Shown: piece after piece, positions 27,413 to 35,957 of the stretch | Numbering within the stretch: the stretch's first letter is position 1 | How the letters are laid out: the number at the start of each line of letters is the position of its first letter | DNA from: Thermoanaerobaculia bacterium | GTDB lineage: Bacteria; Acidobacteriota; Thermoanaerobaculia; Multivoradales; UBA5704 | Assembly (NCBI GenBank): GCA_036266195.1 | Contig: DATANP010000599.1 | Coordinates: forward strand, 1 to 59,081 | Length of the DNA: 59,081 nucleotides | Direction: 5' to 3' | The notes under the pieces: generated by a model | What the model was told of the DNA's origin: nothing | Databases searched by the model: none | What the model saw: only the letters and a program-made list of their open reading frames with translations | Made by a program: the position numbers and the translations under genes

Positions 27413-28940
27413 CGTCGATGGGCGGCCGGTGTCGAAGTGCGGGCCTTGTGAGCGCTGCGATGGGAGCCAAGGTTGTGTGATCGCAAGCCTGGATGGATTG
27501 CAGATATTTGCGGATTCGCTTGAAGGTGAGGAGACCAGCGAATTCGGCCTGCTCTCTTCCTCTGCCCGCCTTGCAGCCCGTGCCACGACCGCGGCGCGTA
27601 AGATAACAGTTGGTCTCAATGTCCCGATACAGTTCAGGGCAGTGCCTCCGGACAAGTGTTGCACTTCAGTAAGTTATAGATGGGACTTCAAGGATGGAGG
27701 ATCTTCCACGGATCAAAATCCGAAACACACGTTCAAGCAGAGAAAAACATATCCCGTCGAGCTGGTCGCCACCTGCTCCAGCTGCCCCGCGACCAAGACC
27801 GAAACCATGGACGTCGAAGTCATTGCATCCATTCAGATCAACACGGTCATATCGAATCAATTCCCAGGTTCGCGCTGTAACCTGTTGACAGCAACCTCGG
27901 TCCCGGGATCCAACAATCCGATGCTCATGGGAACTCTCGGAGGAGCCTCTACGGAAGTTCTCCTGGAATCCAAGGTCGTTCCCAAGGAAGCTCTTGCGCT
28001 GGCACGGATCGGCGTGCGGAAGGTTGGTTCCAGTAGCCCGATATTCGAAGAGAAGGTGTCGAGTTTGACGAGCCCGACTTCTCTACGTTTCGATGCCCAG
28101 CCCGGCCGTTTGCGTTATGAGGTGGTGGCAGGCTTCGATGACAACTCGTCGAGCGGCCTACAGGATTCCGAGATCGACCAGGTCTTCCCACACAAGATCC
28201 GCGTGGTGACTCCGCAGGATGTCACAGAGTCCCTGGAGGGTATCGATGGCGATGAAATCCTGCTGGTAGGGGCCGCGCAGGACCTGACCGACTATTTCCT
28301 TGCAAAGACGGCAGGTGTGGTCAATGCAAGCCTGGTTCCAACGACCATTGCGGCGAGTGATCTGGCTCATCCTCTCGGTGCCTCATGGACTTCGGCTTGC
28401 GTGGCCACCACCGTTAGAGCTGCTTATGGACCAACATCGCCTGTGGCAGACAAGCTGGCCAATTCGGAGAAGGTGGAGGATTTAGTGAAGGCTGCTCTCA
28501 GCAGCCACGCAACGAGCATCAAGGCATTCTTCAGCTCGCCGAGCAGTCCGAATACCGCTCTATTTCCGGCGGTACTTGGAGGAACTTGGACATGGTCTGG
28601 TTCCGTCCGTTCTGCAGGAGACTGGGCGAAAGATGGAGAGATGGAAATCGCAGGAGCCTTCGGGGCCGTCAATCTGAAAGGAGAGATCAGAGAGGTCGAG
28701 ATCCGTAAGTCGGACTTGCAAGTCATGAAAATTCTCTATACCGGAGAGCTTGCCGAGTCCTACGATTTCGATATAACGAAGCCGCCAATCCCCATTCTGG
28801 GACTTTCCTTTGACGTCAATCGGGATGGAGCTACCATGCAGGCTGGTCACACAACAATCAACCCGGGCGGGCAAGTGTTCAGGACGAGCGTCAACTTCTC
28901 GAGAATTGCTGGCTCAGAGTTTGACTTTGAGATTCCATAA
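23901..28940 (+). CDS. Large secreted Ig-like-repeat protein, paralogue A (1679 aa), with unique C-terminal ~510 aa
   Basis: TTG 23901 (GGAGA 8 nt upstream) or ATG 23907. Signal peptide RRVAVRAGTCLAFLVLLGAPLLG. Beta-helix-like N-domain, three tandem ~100-aa Ig-like repeats (PPVITLLSP...DTVAPALRIASP...), further beta-sandwich domains, a CarboxypepD_reg-like segment (VGLVLDNQDDPVPGVTLAV...GRFRIAGVPVG) and a PKD-like segment (SYRWDFKDGGSSTDQNPKHTFKQRKTYPVEL). Confidence 0.85.
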   Translation: MAMTRRVAVRAGTCLAFLVLLGAPLLGGRFRLSNPESPVYYRYAVIAGERIQLVEGTRVAGNLHSNGDVSTASGVLIDGDASTVGKITGPGTVTGTKREGAPSVSLPRLATAAELQAMADRKLQGDQTFNNAVVDDVIFVNGRVRIQGSLGGAGTILATGDVTLESSAAVPGPGTRISVVSLGSIALAEGRAFRGILYAGQDVQAGRGAQLEGVVLAGRRVHLNGDVRLTFVNFDSGPPVITLLSPAAGAFLSTAIPQITLSFSDDLSGVDPSTASFLLDGQDRTAGATVSATGLSFQPAQPLADGLHKIVVRIFDHSGKEASAEFTFTTDTVAPALRIASPGPTVDGDSTPAVTVEFSDAASGIDPETLEVEIDGVSIQSSCVLSESSAVCEPPELAEGRHTIVAEVADRAGNRTTAESSFDIVLDRKPPALRIVSPSVGLTVGDATPEIVLSYSDAGSEVDLATLSVVLDEQDLTAGCDVQPNKATCEPPPLAAGLHILKAAIADRRGFRAERERVFEISLQLALMIEAPAQGELTQASTVEVSGTISPEADSVSVNGIEGVPQNGIFVIADVPLHEGGNTLTAIARSEGGGIGTATVTVVRDTAAPRVVIAAPHAGLITTSPQIAVTGEYVDPLSSNADVAPPVVKVNGFVAKTELRTFSYDNLLLQPGENLIRVTVTDTAGNEGSAEVSVTLVQDAAQQIEKLLGDDQSGPVGQRLKDPLVMRLRDVIGNPLPGRRVLFEVTRGGGQVVAGGEEASKLSVSTDEQGLARVDFFLGRRAGAGNHEVTVTSAGFPGEITFSASATVSEPRRIVRAAGDDHTGAMVAAVSEPYPKPLLTQVFDGQGNPVQNVPVTYRVISGGGSFAGAETVTEVTNGQGLASATFTLGPQPGNMINLVEAGFDGLAELPVTFAITGMVLGPEEETAIVGLVLDNQDDPVPGVTLAVDHTDLTAVSDAQGRFRIAGVPVGTVKLKVDGKTTSRPGTWPYLEFHFTTISGVDNSLGMPIRLLPIDVAGGKLAGGPEEVVIQMKGVPGATLTVAPNSVTFPNGSKVGTVSFTQVHGDKVPMIAPLGSNFTVAFTVQPPGTRFDPPAVVTLPNIGLPPGSEVDLFSFDHDIGEFLSVGTATVTPDGLLLRSNPGTGISKAGWGGGVPPPPPLSDACQPGACTTCVDGRPVSKCGPCERCDGSQGCVIASLDGLQIFADSLEGEETSEFGLLSSSARLAARATTAARKITVGLNVPIQFRAVPPDKCCTSVSYRWDFKDGGSSTDQNPKHTFKQRKTYPVELVATCSSCPATKTETMDVEVIASIQINTVISNQFPGSRCNLLTATSVPGSNNPMLMGTLGGASTEVLLESKVVPKEALALARIGVRKVGSSSPIFEEKVSSLTSPTSLRFDAQPGRLRYEVVAGFDDNSSSGLQDSEIDQVFPHKIRVVTPQDVTESLEGIDGDEILLVGAAQDLTDYFLAKTAGVVNASLVPTTIAASDLAHPLGASWTSACVATTVRAAYGPTSPVADKLANSEKVEDLVKAALSSHATSIKAFFSSPSSPNTALFPAVLGGTWTWSGSVRSAGDWAKDGEMEIAGAFGAVNLKGEIREVEIRKSDLQVMKILYTGELAESYDFDITKPPIPILGLSFDVNRDGATMQAGHTTINPGGQVFRTSVNFSRIAGSEFDFEIP

Positions 28941-28941
28941 G

Positions 28942-30384
28942 GTGAGTGTCTTGAATAGATTTCCTGCCGGCGTATTCCTTCTGTTGCTTCTCTTCAGCGG
29001 CACGATCGCGCGCGCCGATGATCCGCGGAAAGAGGGCGATCCGGAGGGCGAGCGGTTGTGTCGCTCCATGTTGCACTTGGGCTCTCCGAATGAGCTCTTG
29101 AAGGTGGTTGCAGACAAGGGTGCCGAAGGCTGGACTGCCATGATTTCGGCGCGCCATGCGGCCGCTCCGGCAAAAGGCAAGGGCGACGACTGCCAGTTGG
29201 CAACGCTGCGTGTCGTTGATGCGTTTCGGGGAGCGGTGGAGGTCGCGAAGAAGGGACCGCGTGAGTTTGCGGAACAAGTCGCTCTCCTGCTGAGACTGCG
29301 AGATGCCATGGCGACAGATTCTACCTACGCCAGTCTCGTTTTGGCCGACGTTGCGAACAGAGCCGTCGTCGTGATGTTTGCGGTGAGACTCTGGGAAGAC
29401 TGGACTGTCACTGAGGATCAATCTGTAACACTTGCCGCATTGCGCAGGTTTCATGTCGACAGTACGCTCCTTGCCCGAGTGATGCAAAAGGAGGGTGTTT
29501 CGGTACCTGCCCCAGTCGACATGGATGAGCGCGAGAGATTCTTCAGCCTCCTGGAAAAACTACCGAGAGCGACTGGGGACACTGTTGCCGGCTTCGCCGG
29601 GGCAGGTGTTGTCCAGCTCCTGGAGCGTCGGGACATTGCTCTGCTGTTCCTGAGACTGATCAGAACGGATTACGATCTGCATGGAACCCTTCCGCTGACC
29701 GCCGAATACGTTCGCCGAGTTGCAAAACCCAAGGTCGTGCCCGGCTATGGGGACGTGAAGACAGCTCTTGGCTTTGGCGCCGCGGAGTGGAAGAGGTACG
29801 GCTCGGAACGGAATCGTATCGGCCCTGGAGACGAGGCTTCGGTAGGGCGGTTGCTGGCCGAAGTAGAGAACGGCCGGATCGACGCAAAGCTCGGCTTGGA
29901 TCTCTCGAGGAAAGCTTACCTCGAGGAATATCGTCGCTTCCTTCGACTCGACTTGGCGGTTGCCAAGAGTGAGAAGGGGCAGGAGCTGGAGCTCGTCTTG
30001 CACAACCAGGGGCCTGATCTCCTTTGGATCGCAGCCGTAGAGGTAGCCAACAAGAAGGGTATGGATGCGAGTCAGATCGCTGGCGAGCTCAACATACATA
30101 GTCAAGATGCCGGACCGACGGAGCTATGGCTTGTCGCAAGGCGGCTTCCTCCTGAATCCGGAACTGGCATTCAGAAGCTGTTTGTCAAGGCTGGTGAAAG
30201 TGTGAGTCAACGGCTCGCGCTGACCGGCGTAGATACGCTTGGCCGTGCGGATCTAAAAGCGACAGATGTGTGGGTGCGTTATTTCCCATTTTGGGAATGG
30301 GCAGAAGGGAGTGAAGCGATTTCCAAAGACGTCGGCCTGGAGGCCTCGGCGCGGGTGGAAGCGGAGAAACCGAAGGAGCAGTGA
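28942..30384 (+). CDS. Signal-peptide protein (480 aa) cognate to paralogue A (candidate immunity/accessory)
   Basis: GTG 28942 lies 1 nt after the stop of A. N-terminus is VSVLNRFPAGVFLLLLLFSGTIARADD. Mostly helical composition with no recognised motif. Confidence 0.6.
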   Translation: MSVLNRFPAGVFLLLLLFSGTIARADDPRKEGDPEGERLCRSMLHLGSPNELLKVVADKGAEGWTAMISARHAAAPAKGKGDDCQLATLRVVDAFRGAVEVAKKGPREFAEQVALLLRLRDAMATDSTYASLVLADVANRAVVVMFAVRLWEDWTVTEDQSVTLAALRRFHVDSTLLARVMQKEGVSVPAPVDMDERERFFSLLEKLPRATGDTVAGFAGAGVVQLLERRDIALLFLRLIRTDYDLHGTLPLTAEYVRRVAKPKVVPGYGDVKTALGFGAAEWKRYGSERNRIGPGDEASVGRLLAEVENGRIDAKLGLDLSRKAYLEEYRRFLRLDLAVAKSEKGQELELVLHNQGPDLLWIAAVEVANKKGMDASQIAGELNIHSQDAGPTELWLVARRLPPESGTGIQKLFVKAGESVSQRLALTGVDTLGRADLKATDVWVRYFPFWEWAEGSEAISKDVGLEASARVEAEKPKEQ

Positions 30385-30395
30385 GAAGAACAGCG

Positions 30396-30500
30396 ATGAG
30401 AGCCTTCATCTCGGGTATTGGAAGTCTCAGCCTTCTGGTCCACCTTGCGGCCTGGAGCGAATCGAGCGGGCCAAGCCAGGAGAACAAAACGGGAATCATT
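30396..30500 (+). pseudogene. Truncated remnant (signal-peptide region only) of a homologue of the 35958-36695 gene
   Basis: MRAFISGIGSLSLLVHLAAW aligns with MKTLISHLGSLSLLIHLAAA. At nucleotide level ggaagtctcagccttctggtccaccttgcggcc aligns with ggaagcctgagccttctgatccatctcgcggcc. The open frame then runs through the R element and promoter, so the 117-aa track ORF is not credible. Confidence 0.5.
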
Positions 30501-30515
30501 GAATGTGCGTCAGAT

Positions 30516-30559
30516 TGTTGTCGCAATTCGAAGCGACGCAAATTCGGGATAGTCTATTT
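30516..30559. repeat. Copy 2 of the R element (hairpin GTCGC-AATTCGAA-GCGAC)
   Basis: Aligns with 22734-22778. The two stem differences are compensatory (C:G becomes T:A). Confidence 0.7.
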
Positions 30560-30586
30560 GACTCGCGAGCCGTCGCTGTCTATGAT
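30558..30586 (+). promoter_or_regulatory. Sigma70-type promoter TTGACT-N17-TATGAT for paralogue B
   Basis: -35 at 30558-30563, 17-nt spacer, -10 at 30581-30586. Homologous to 23733-23761. Confidence 0.6.
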
Positions 30587-33500
30587 CTTCGTCGCCCATC
30601 CAGTATGCATCGGAATCAGGTTTGGTGCTCTCGTCTTTTTCGAGATTGAACCTGTTCGGCGATTTGAGCGTGGCGCTCGTAGGGAAGCTCTGTCTATTTC
30701 TTCCGTTGCACGGTTGAAGGAGAAGTGCCCTTGACGATGATGCGTCGTGCGGTCGTACGGGCAGGAGCCTGTCTTGCGTTCCTCTTCCTGCTGAGCGCCC
30801 CGTTGCTGGGCACCGGTTTCCGGCTCTCGAGCCCGGAATCCGCGGTCTACTACCGGTACGCCGTGATCGCGGGCGAGCGGATCCAGATCGTCGAGGGGAC
30901 CCGGATTGCCGGCAATCTCCAATCGAATGGCGACGCGAGCACCGCCTCCGGCGTCGTGATCGACGGCAACGCCTCGGCCGTGGGCAAGATCACGGGCCCC
31001 GGCACCGTGACGGGAACGAAGAAGGAAGGAGCCCCGTCCGTCTCCCTGCCCCGGCTGGCGACCGCCGCGGAGCTCCAGGCGATGGCCGACCGGAAATTCC
31101 AGGGCGATCAGATATTCAATAACGCGGTCGTCAACGACGTCATCTTCATCAACGGCCGGGTGAAGATCCAGGGGAGCCTGGGCGGCGCCGGCACCATCCT
31201 GGCGACCGGCGACGTGACCCTGGAAGCCAGCGCGGCCGTGCCGAGTCCGGGGACACGGATCTCCGTGGTCTCCCTGGGATCGATCACTTTGGCCCAGGGC
31301 CGCTCGTTCCGGGGCATCCTCTATGCCGGCCAGGACGTGCAAGCCGACCGTGGCGCGCAACTGGAAGGTGTCGCGCTGGCGGGCCGCCGCGCCAATCTCG
31401 GAGGAGACGTTCGGCTGACCTTTGTCGACTTCGACAGCGGCCCGCCGGTGATCACCCTGCTGTCGCCCCTAGCAGGCGCTTTCCTTTCCACGGCGACCCC
31501 GCAGATCACCCTCTCGTTCTCGGACGATCTCTCGGGTGTGGACCCGGCGACGGCGTCGTTCCTCCTCGACGGCCAGGACCGCACGGCCGGAGCCACGGTG
31601 AGCGCGACGGGCTTGAGCTTCCAGCCCTCCCAACCGCTCGCCGAAGGTCTCCATGGGATCAGGGTGAGGGTCTCCGATCACTCGGGCAAGGAAGCCTCTG
31701 CTGAGTTTTCCTTCACCATCGACACGGTCGCCCCCGTGCTGCGGATCACCTCCCCGGGCCCGATTGTCGAGGGCGACTCCACGCCGGCTGTTGTTCTCGA
31801 ATTCTCCGATGCCACCTCGGGTATCGATCCGGCGACCTTGGAGGTCAAGGTTGACGGCGCGTCGATCCGGGGCTCGTGCGCCGTGACCGCAAGCTCCGCC
31901 GTGTGCGAGCCGCCGGAGCTTGCGGAAGGCCAGCACGCGATCACAGCGATGATCGCCGACCGCGCCGGCAACCGCTCGACGGCGGAGTCGAGCTTCGAGA
32001 TTGCGCTGGACCGCGTTCCGCCGGTGCTGCGGATCGTCTCTCCCCCGGCCGGTCTCATCGTTGGCGACGCCACGCCCGCGATCGTCCTGTCATATTCAGA
32101 TGTGGGGTCCGGAGTCGATCTCACTACGCTGAGCATCATCCTCGACGGGCAGGATCTGACAGCCGGGTGTGACGTGCAGCCGGACAGGGCCACCTGTGAG
32201 GCGCCGCCTCTCGCCACCGGCCTCCATACCTTGAAGGCCGCGATTGCGGACCGGAGAGGATTCCGTGCGGAACGCGAACGGATTTTCGAGGTGTCGATGC
32301 AGCTTTCCCTCGTGATCGAAGCGCCGGTCCAGGGCGAGCTGACACAGGCCTCCACCGTGGAGGTCTCCGGCACGGTGTCTGCCGAGGCCGACTCGGTCTC
32401 TGTGAACGACATCGAGGGAGTCCCGCAGAACGGCGTATTTGTGATCGCAGACGTGCCCCTGCACGAGGGCGGCAATACCCTGACCGCGATCGCCCGCAGC
32501 GAGGGTGGCGGCATCGGCACGGCCACCGTGACCGTAGTGAGGGATACTTCGGCGCCGAGAGTCGTCATCGCCGCGCCCCGCGCCGGGCTGGTGACGACCT
32601 CGCCGCAGATCGCGGTCACCGGCGAATATGTTGATCCATTGTCGAGCAACGCCGACGTGGCTCCGCCGGTGGTGAAGGTCAACGGCTTTGTTGCGAGGAC
32701 GGAGCTGCGGACGTTCTTCTATGACAACCTCCTCCTGCAACCCGGAGAGAACCTCATCCGCGTGACCGTCACGGACACGGCGGGAAACGAAGGCTCGGCC
32801 GAGGTGTCGGTGACGCTCGTGCCGGACGCGGCGCAGCAGATCGAAAAACTCTTGGGAGATAGTCAGTCGGGACCAGTCGGCCAACGTTTGAAAGACCCGC
32901 TGGTGGTGCGCCTCCGTGACGTGGTCGGAAACCCGCTGCCGGGCCGGCGCGTGCTTTTCGAGGTGACCCGTGGAGGTGGGCAGGTGGCGGCTGGAGGCGA
33001 GGAGGGGAGCAAGCTGTCGGTTTCGACCGACGAGCAGGGTCTGGCCCGAGTGGACTTCTTCCTGGGCAGCCGGGCCGGCGCGGGCAACCACGAGGTGACG
33101 GTGACCTCGGCCGGCTTCCCTGGAGAGGCGACCTTCTGCGCCTCGGCAGCGGTGAGCGAGCCGCGCCGCATCGTGCGGGCGGCCGGAGACGATCACACGG
33201 GAGCGATGGTAGCGCCAGTGTCGTCGCCCTACCCGAAGCCCCTGTTGACGCAGGTTTTCGACGATCAGGGCAACCCGGTGCAGAACGTGCCGGTGACCTA
33301 TCGCGTTGTGTCGGGCGGAGGCTCCTTCGCCGGGGATGAAACGGTGACCGAGGTCACCAACGGCCAGGGGCTCGCGTCGGCGACGTTCGCCCTGGGGCCG
33401 CAGCCCGGAAACGTGATCAATCTGATCGAGGCAGGCTTCGATGGGCTCGCCGAGCTGCCGGTGACCTTCGCGATTACCGGTGTGATGCCGGGGCCCGAAG

Positions 33501-34243
33501 AGGAGACCGCGATCGTCGGCCTGGTGCTGGACAATCAGGATGATCCGGTTCCAGGTGTGACGCTGGCCGTCGATCACACGGACCTCACGGCGGTCTCCGA
33601 CGCGCAGGGCCGCTTCCGCATCGCCGGGGTTCCCGTGGGCACGGTCAAGCTCAAGGTCGACGGCAAGACCACAAGCCGGCCTGGGACCTGGCCTTATCTG
33701 GAGTTCCACTTCACCACCATCAGCGGCGTGGACAACAGTCTGGGAATGCCAATCCGACTGCTGCCGATCGACGTCGCAGGTGGGAAACTGGTTGGCGGTC
33801 CGGAAGAAGTGGTGATCCCGATGAAAGGCGTCCCCGGGGCGACGCTCACTGTGGCGCCCAACTCGGTTACGTTCCCGAATGGAGCCAAGGTCGGTACGGT
33901 CTCTTTCACGCAGGTCCATGGAGACAAGGTGCCGATGATCGCGCCCATGGGCTCGAACTTCACGGTGGCCTTTACAGTGCAGCCGCCGGGCACGCGCTTC
34001 GATCCACCGGCGGCCGTGACCCTGCCGAACATCGGCCTGCCGCCGGGCTCAGAGGTCGACCTCTTCTCCTTCGATCACGACATCGGCGAGTTCCTCTCGG
34101 TCGGCACCGCGACAGTGACACCGGACGGCCTGCTTCTGCGTTCGAATCCGGGCGTCGGCATCAGCAAGGCTGGGTGGGGCGGCGCGGTTCCGCCACCGCC
34201 GCCGCTGACGAATGCTTGTGAGCCTGGCTCCTGTACAAAATGT
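30558..34243 (+). repeat. Copy 2 of the ~3.7-kb direct duplication
   Basis: See copy 1. Confidence 0.9.
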
Positions 34244-35950
34244 GATCCCGGGCCGAAACCGATCGTCGAACCTCCGGACATCAAGGCACTCGCCAACGGG
34301 GAGGAAGAGTCAGTCTTCGTTCAGATCGGCGAACCGGTTCGGTTTTCGGTGACATCGAACACGACCCTTCGCCAGGCAGAAGACACCTGCGCTCTTCCAA
34401 AGTGGGCTTTCGGTGACGGAGCAGCGGAGGAAGGAAACGGCCTTTCTCACGCCTACAAAGAACCCGGCGAGTACGAGGCGAGGGTGGCCGTGCAATGTGG
34501 GAGCTGCCAGAACTCCAGCGATACCGATCAGGTCAAAGTGGTCGTGGCTAAGCCGTCGATCAAGCAGGCGGAATACAGCGGCGATGGTTTCCAGGCGGTT
34601 CGCCAGGATTCGGGGAGCCCCTACGATACTCCACACTGGCAGGACAACACGCCGAAGCTCGACGACGATGCGGCGGACTCCGGCGATCGCCGCTTTCCGG
34701 TGAGCTATTTGAAAGGCAGCACGATTGAGATGTCGCTCGAAATCGAGACGGAAGGCCAGGGCTTTGGCAATGCTGAGGGTAAGACGAAGGTCCGCGGCCA
34801 CGGCTCTCGAGGGATCGAATTTCCGGCTACCGCCGCAAGCGTCCAGGGCGCGCGCATCGTCGCTGACGGTCTGCGTGCTGCCAGCGCTCTGCCGAATACG
34901 ATCGATCTGATCGATCCCTTCGAGGTGAGCTGGGAGATCTCGTTTGACGACGGCGAGAACTGGATCGATCTGGGAAAGACGGACAACCGCATCTACGTCA
35001 CATTGGCCGAGCCGATCAATGCCTCCTTGTTCGAGACCGTGCTCGACATCGGTTGCCGTAACGCCAAGGGCTCCTCTGAGCCAGACCAGGCCTTCGACAG
35101 GATCTGGCAAGAATTCAAAGACCGGAGCGTCCTGCGCAAGGCGATCGATGGCTTCAACAAACCCGATGGGCAGGTGATGCGCTATTGGTTCGACCGCGGA
35201 AGCCCCCTCAATGTTCCTGTCTACTCACAGTGCAAGCTGATGAGCCAAATGATCAATCCTGAGCCTGGCGACGCGCAGCTCAATGGCGTAGGTAGCTGCG
35301 GCGCGTGGGCGAACCTGCTCCATAAAATCGCCTCTGCGCTCGGCATCGGCGGCTCCGAGGTGGTCCAGGTTCAACCGGATCAAACGGTTCATCCGGAGGC
35401 GCAGTTGTTCTTGGTCAAGAATTGGAACTTCGGTAAACACATACAACCTGGAAGCGATAACACCTGTGAGTCGGTACGAGCCGGAGATGATCTCCCGTCT
35501 CCTGCAGGGAGGCCCACCTGCATAACTCCTGGCCGGAACGGCATCCTCGACACGCAGGTGGCGGCAACCGACGTAGAAGCAGAAGGAGTGCTTGCCTCAT
35601 TGAATCAGAGATTCCCTTTCCTCCTTTTCGATGAAGAGGACCGCCCTGATTTCGGATTTCTGCTAGGAGATGCAGCCGATCAGCCAGGAGCTCCGGGCCA
35701 ACTGACACAGAATCCTCCAGGCTTCTTCGCAAACCATTTCATCGTCAGGCGCAATGGGAAGATCTACGATCCATCCTATGGTAACGGGCCTTACGAGAGC
35801 GAGGTGGCATGGGAGCAGGACTCTGTAGCCGGCATCATGACGGTGAGCAAAGCGCAACCTCCCATTCCCCTGGCCAGGAAGAAGGGTCCGACCAAAGAGT
35901 TGGTGTATACCACGTCAAATCTACCCGAGCTCAATCCTGACGAGGATTAG
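30731..35950 (+). CDS. Large secreted Ig-like-repeat protein, paralogue B (~1739 aa), with unique C-terminal ~580 aa including a possible papain/transglutaminase-fold Cys-His-Asp domain
   Basis: TTG 30731 is positionally equivalent to the start of A; the track gives GTG 30725, and ATG 30737 is also possible. Same architecture as A up to ...GWGGAVPPPPPLTNACEPGSCTKC. After that come a PKD-like segment (KWAFGDGAAEEGNGLSHAYKEPGEYEARV) and GVGSCGAWANLL...FFANHFIVRRNGKIYDPSYG. Confidence 0.85.
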   Translation: MTMMRRAVVRAGACLAFLFLLSAPLLGTGFRLSSPESAVYYRYAVIAGERIQIVEGTRIAGNLQSNGDASTASGVVIDGNASAVGKITGPGTVTGTKKEGAPSVSLPRLATAAELQAMADRKFQGDQIFNNAVVNDVIFINGRVKIQGSLGGAGTILATGDVTLEASAAVPSPGTRISVVSLGSITLAQGRSFRGILYAGQDVQADRGAQLEGVALAGRRANLGGDVRLTFVDFDSGPPVITLLSPLAGAFLSTATPQITLSFSDDLSGVDPATASFLLDGQDRTAGATVSATGLSFQPSQPLAEGLHGIRVRVSDHSGKEASAEFSFTIDTVAPVLRITSPGPIVEGDSTPAVVLEFSDATSGIDPATLEVKVDGASIRGSCAVTASSAVCEPPELAEGQHAITAMIADRAGNRSTAESSFEIALDRVPPVLRIVSPPAGLIVGDATPAIVLSYSDVGSGVDLTTLSIILDGQDLTAGCDVQPDRATCEAPPLATGLHTLKAAIADRRGFRAERERIFEVSMQLSLVIEAPVQGELTQASTVEVSGTVSAEADSVSVNDIEGVPQNGVFVIADVPLHEGGNTLTAIARSEGGGIGTATVTVVRDTSAPRVVIAAPRAGLVTTSPQIAVTGEYVDPLSSNADVAPPVVKVNGFVARTELRTFFYDNLLLQPGENLIRVTVTDTAGNEGSAEVSVTLVPDAAQQIEKLLGDSQSGPVGQRLKDPLVVRLRDVVGNPLPGRRVLFEVTRGGGQVAAGGEEGSKLSVSTDEQGLARVDFFLGSRAGAGNHEVTVTSAGFPGEATFCASAAVSEPRRIVRAAGDDHTGAMVAPVSSPYPKPLLTQVFDDQGNPVQNVPVTYRVVSGGGSFAGDETVTEVTNGQGLASATFALGPQPGNVINLIEAGFDGLAELPVTFAITGVMPGPEEETAIVGLVLDNQDDPVPGVTLAVDHTDLTAVSDAQGRFRIAGVPVGTVKLKVDGKTTSRPGTWPYLEFHFTTISGVDNSLGMPIRLLPIDVAGGKLVGGPEEVVIPMKGVPGATLTVAPNSVTFPNGAKVGTVSFTQVHGDKVPMIAPMGSNFTVAFTVQPPGTRFDPPAAVTLPNIGLPPGSEVDLFSFDHDIGEFLSVGTATVTPDGLLLRSNPGVGISKAGWGGAVPPPPPLTNACEPGSCTKCDPGPKPIVEPPDIKALANGEEESVFVQIGEPVRFSVTSNTTLRQAEDTCALPKWAFGDGAAEEGNGLSHAYKEPGEYEARVAVQCGSCQNSSDTDQVKVVVAKPSIKQAEYSGDGFQAVRQDSGSPYDTPHWQDNTPKLDDDAADSGDRRFPVSYLKGSTIEMSLEIETEGQGFGNAEGKTKVRGHGSRGIEFPATAASVQGARIVADGLRAASALPNTIDLIDPFEVSWEISFDDGENWIDLGKTDNRIYVTLAEPINASLFETVLDIGCRNAKGSSEPDQAFDRIWQEFKDRSVLRKAIDGFNKPDGQVMRYWFDRGSPLNVPVYSQCKLMSQMINPEPGDAQLNGVGSCGAWANLLHKIASALGIGGSEVVQVQPDQTVHPEAQLFLVKNWNFGKHIQPGSDNTCESVRAGDDLPSPAGRPTCITPGRNGILDTQVAATDVEAEGVLASLNQRFPFLLFDEEDRPDFGFLLGDAADQPGAPGQLTQNPPGFFANHFIVRRNGKIYDPSYGNGPYESEVAWEQDSVAGIMTVSKAQPPIPLARKKGPTKELVYTTSNLPELNPDED

Positions 35951-35957
35951 TACAACG

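Noticed and set aside
30381-30734. 117-aa ORF as an intact gene
   Set aside because: Only the first ~30 codons (from ATG 30396) resemble the 35958 gene. The rest of the frame runs through the R element, the -35/-10 boxes and the leader of paralogue B.
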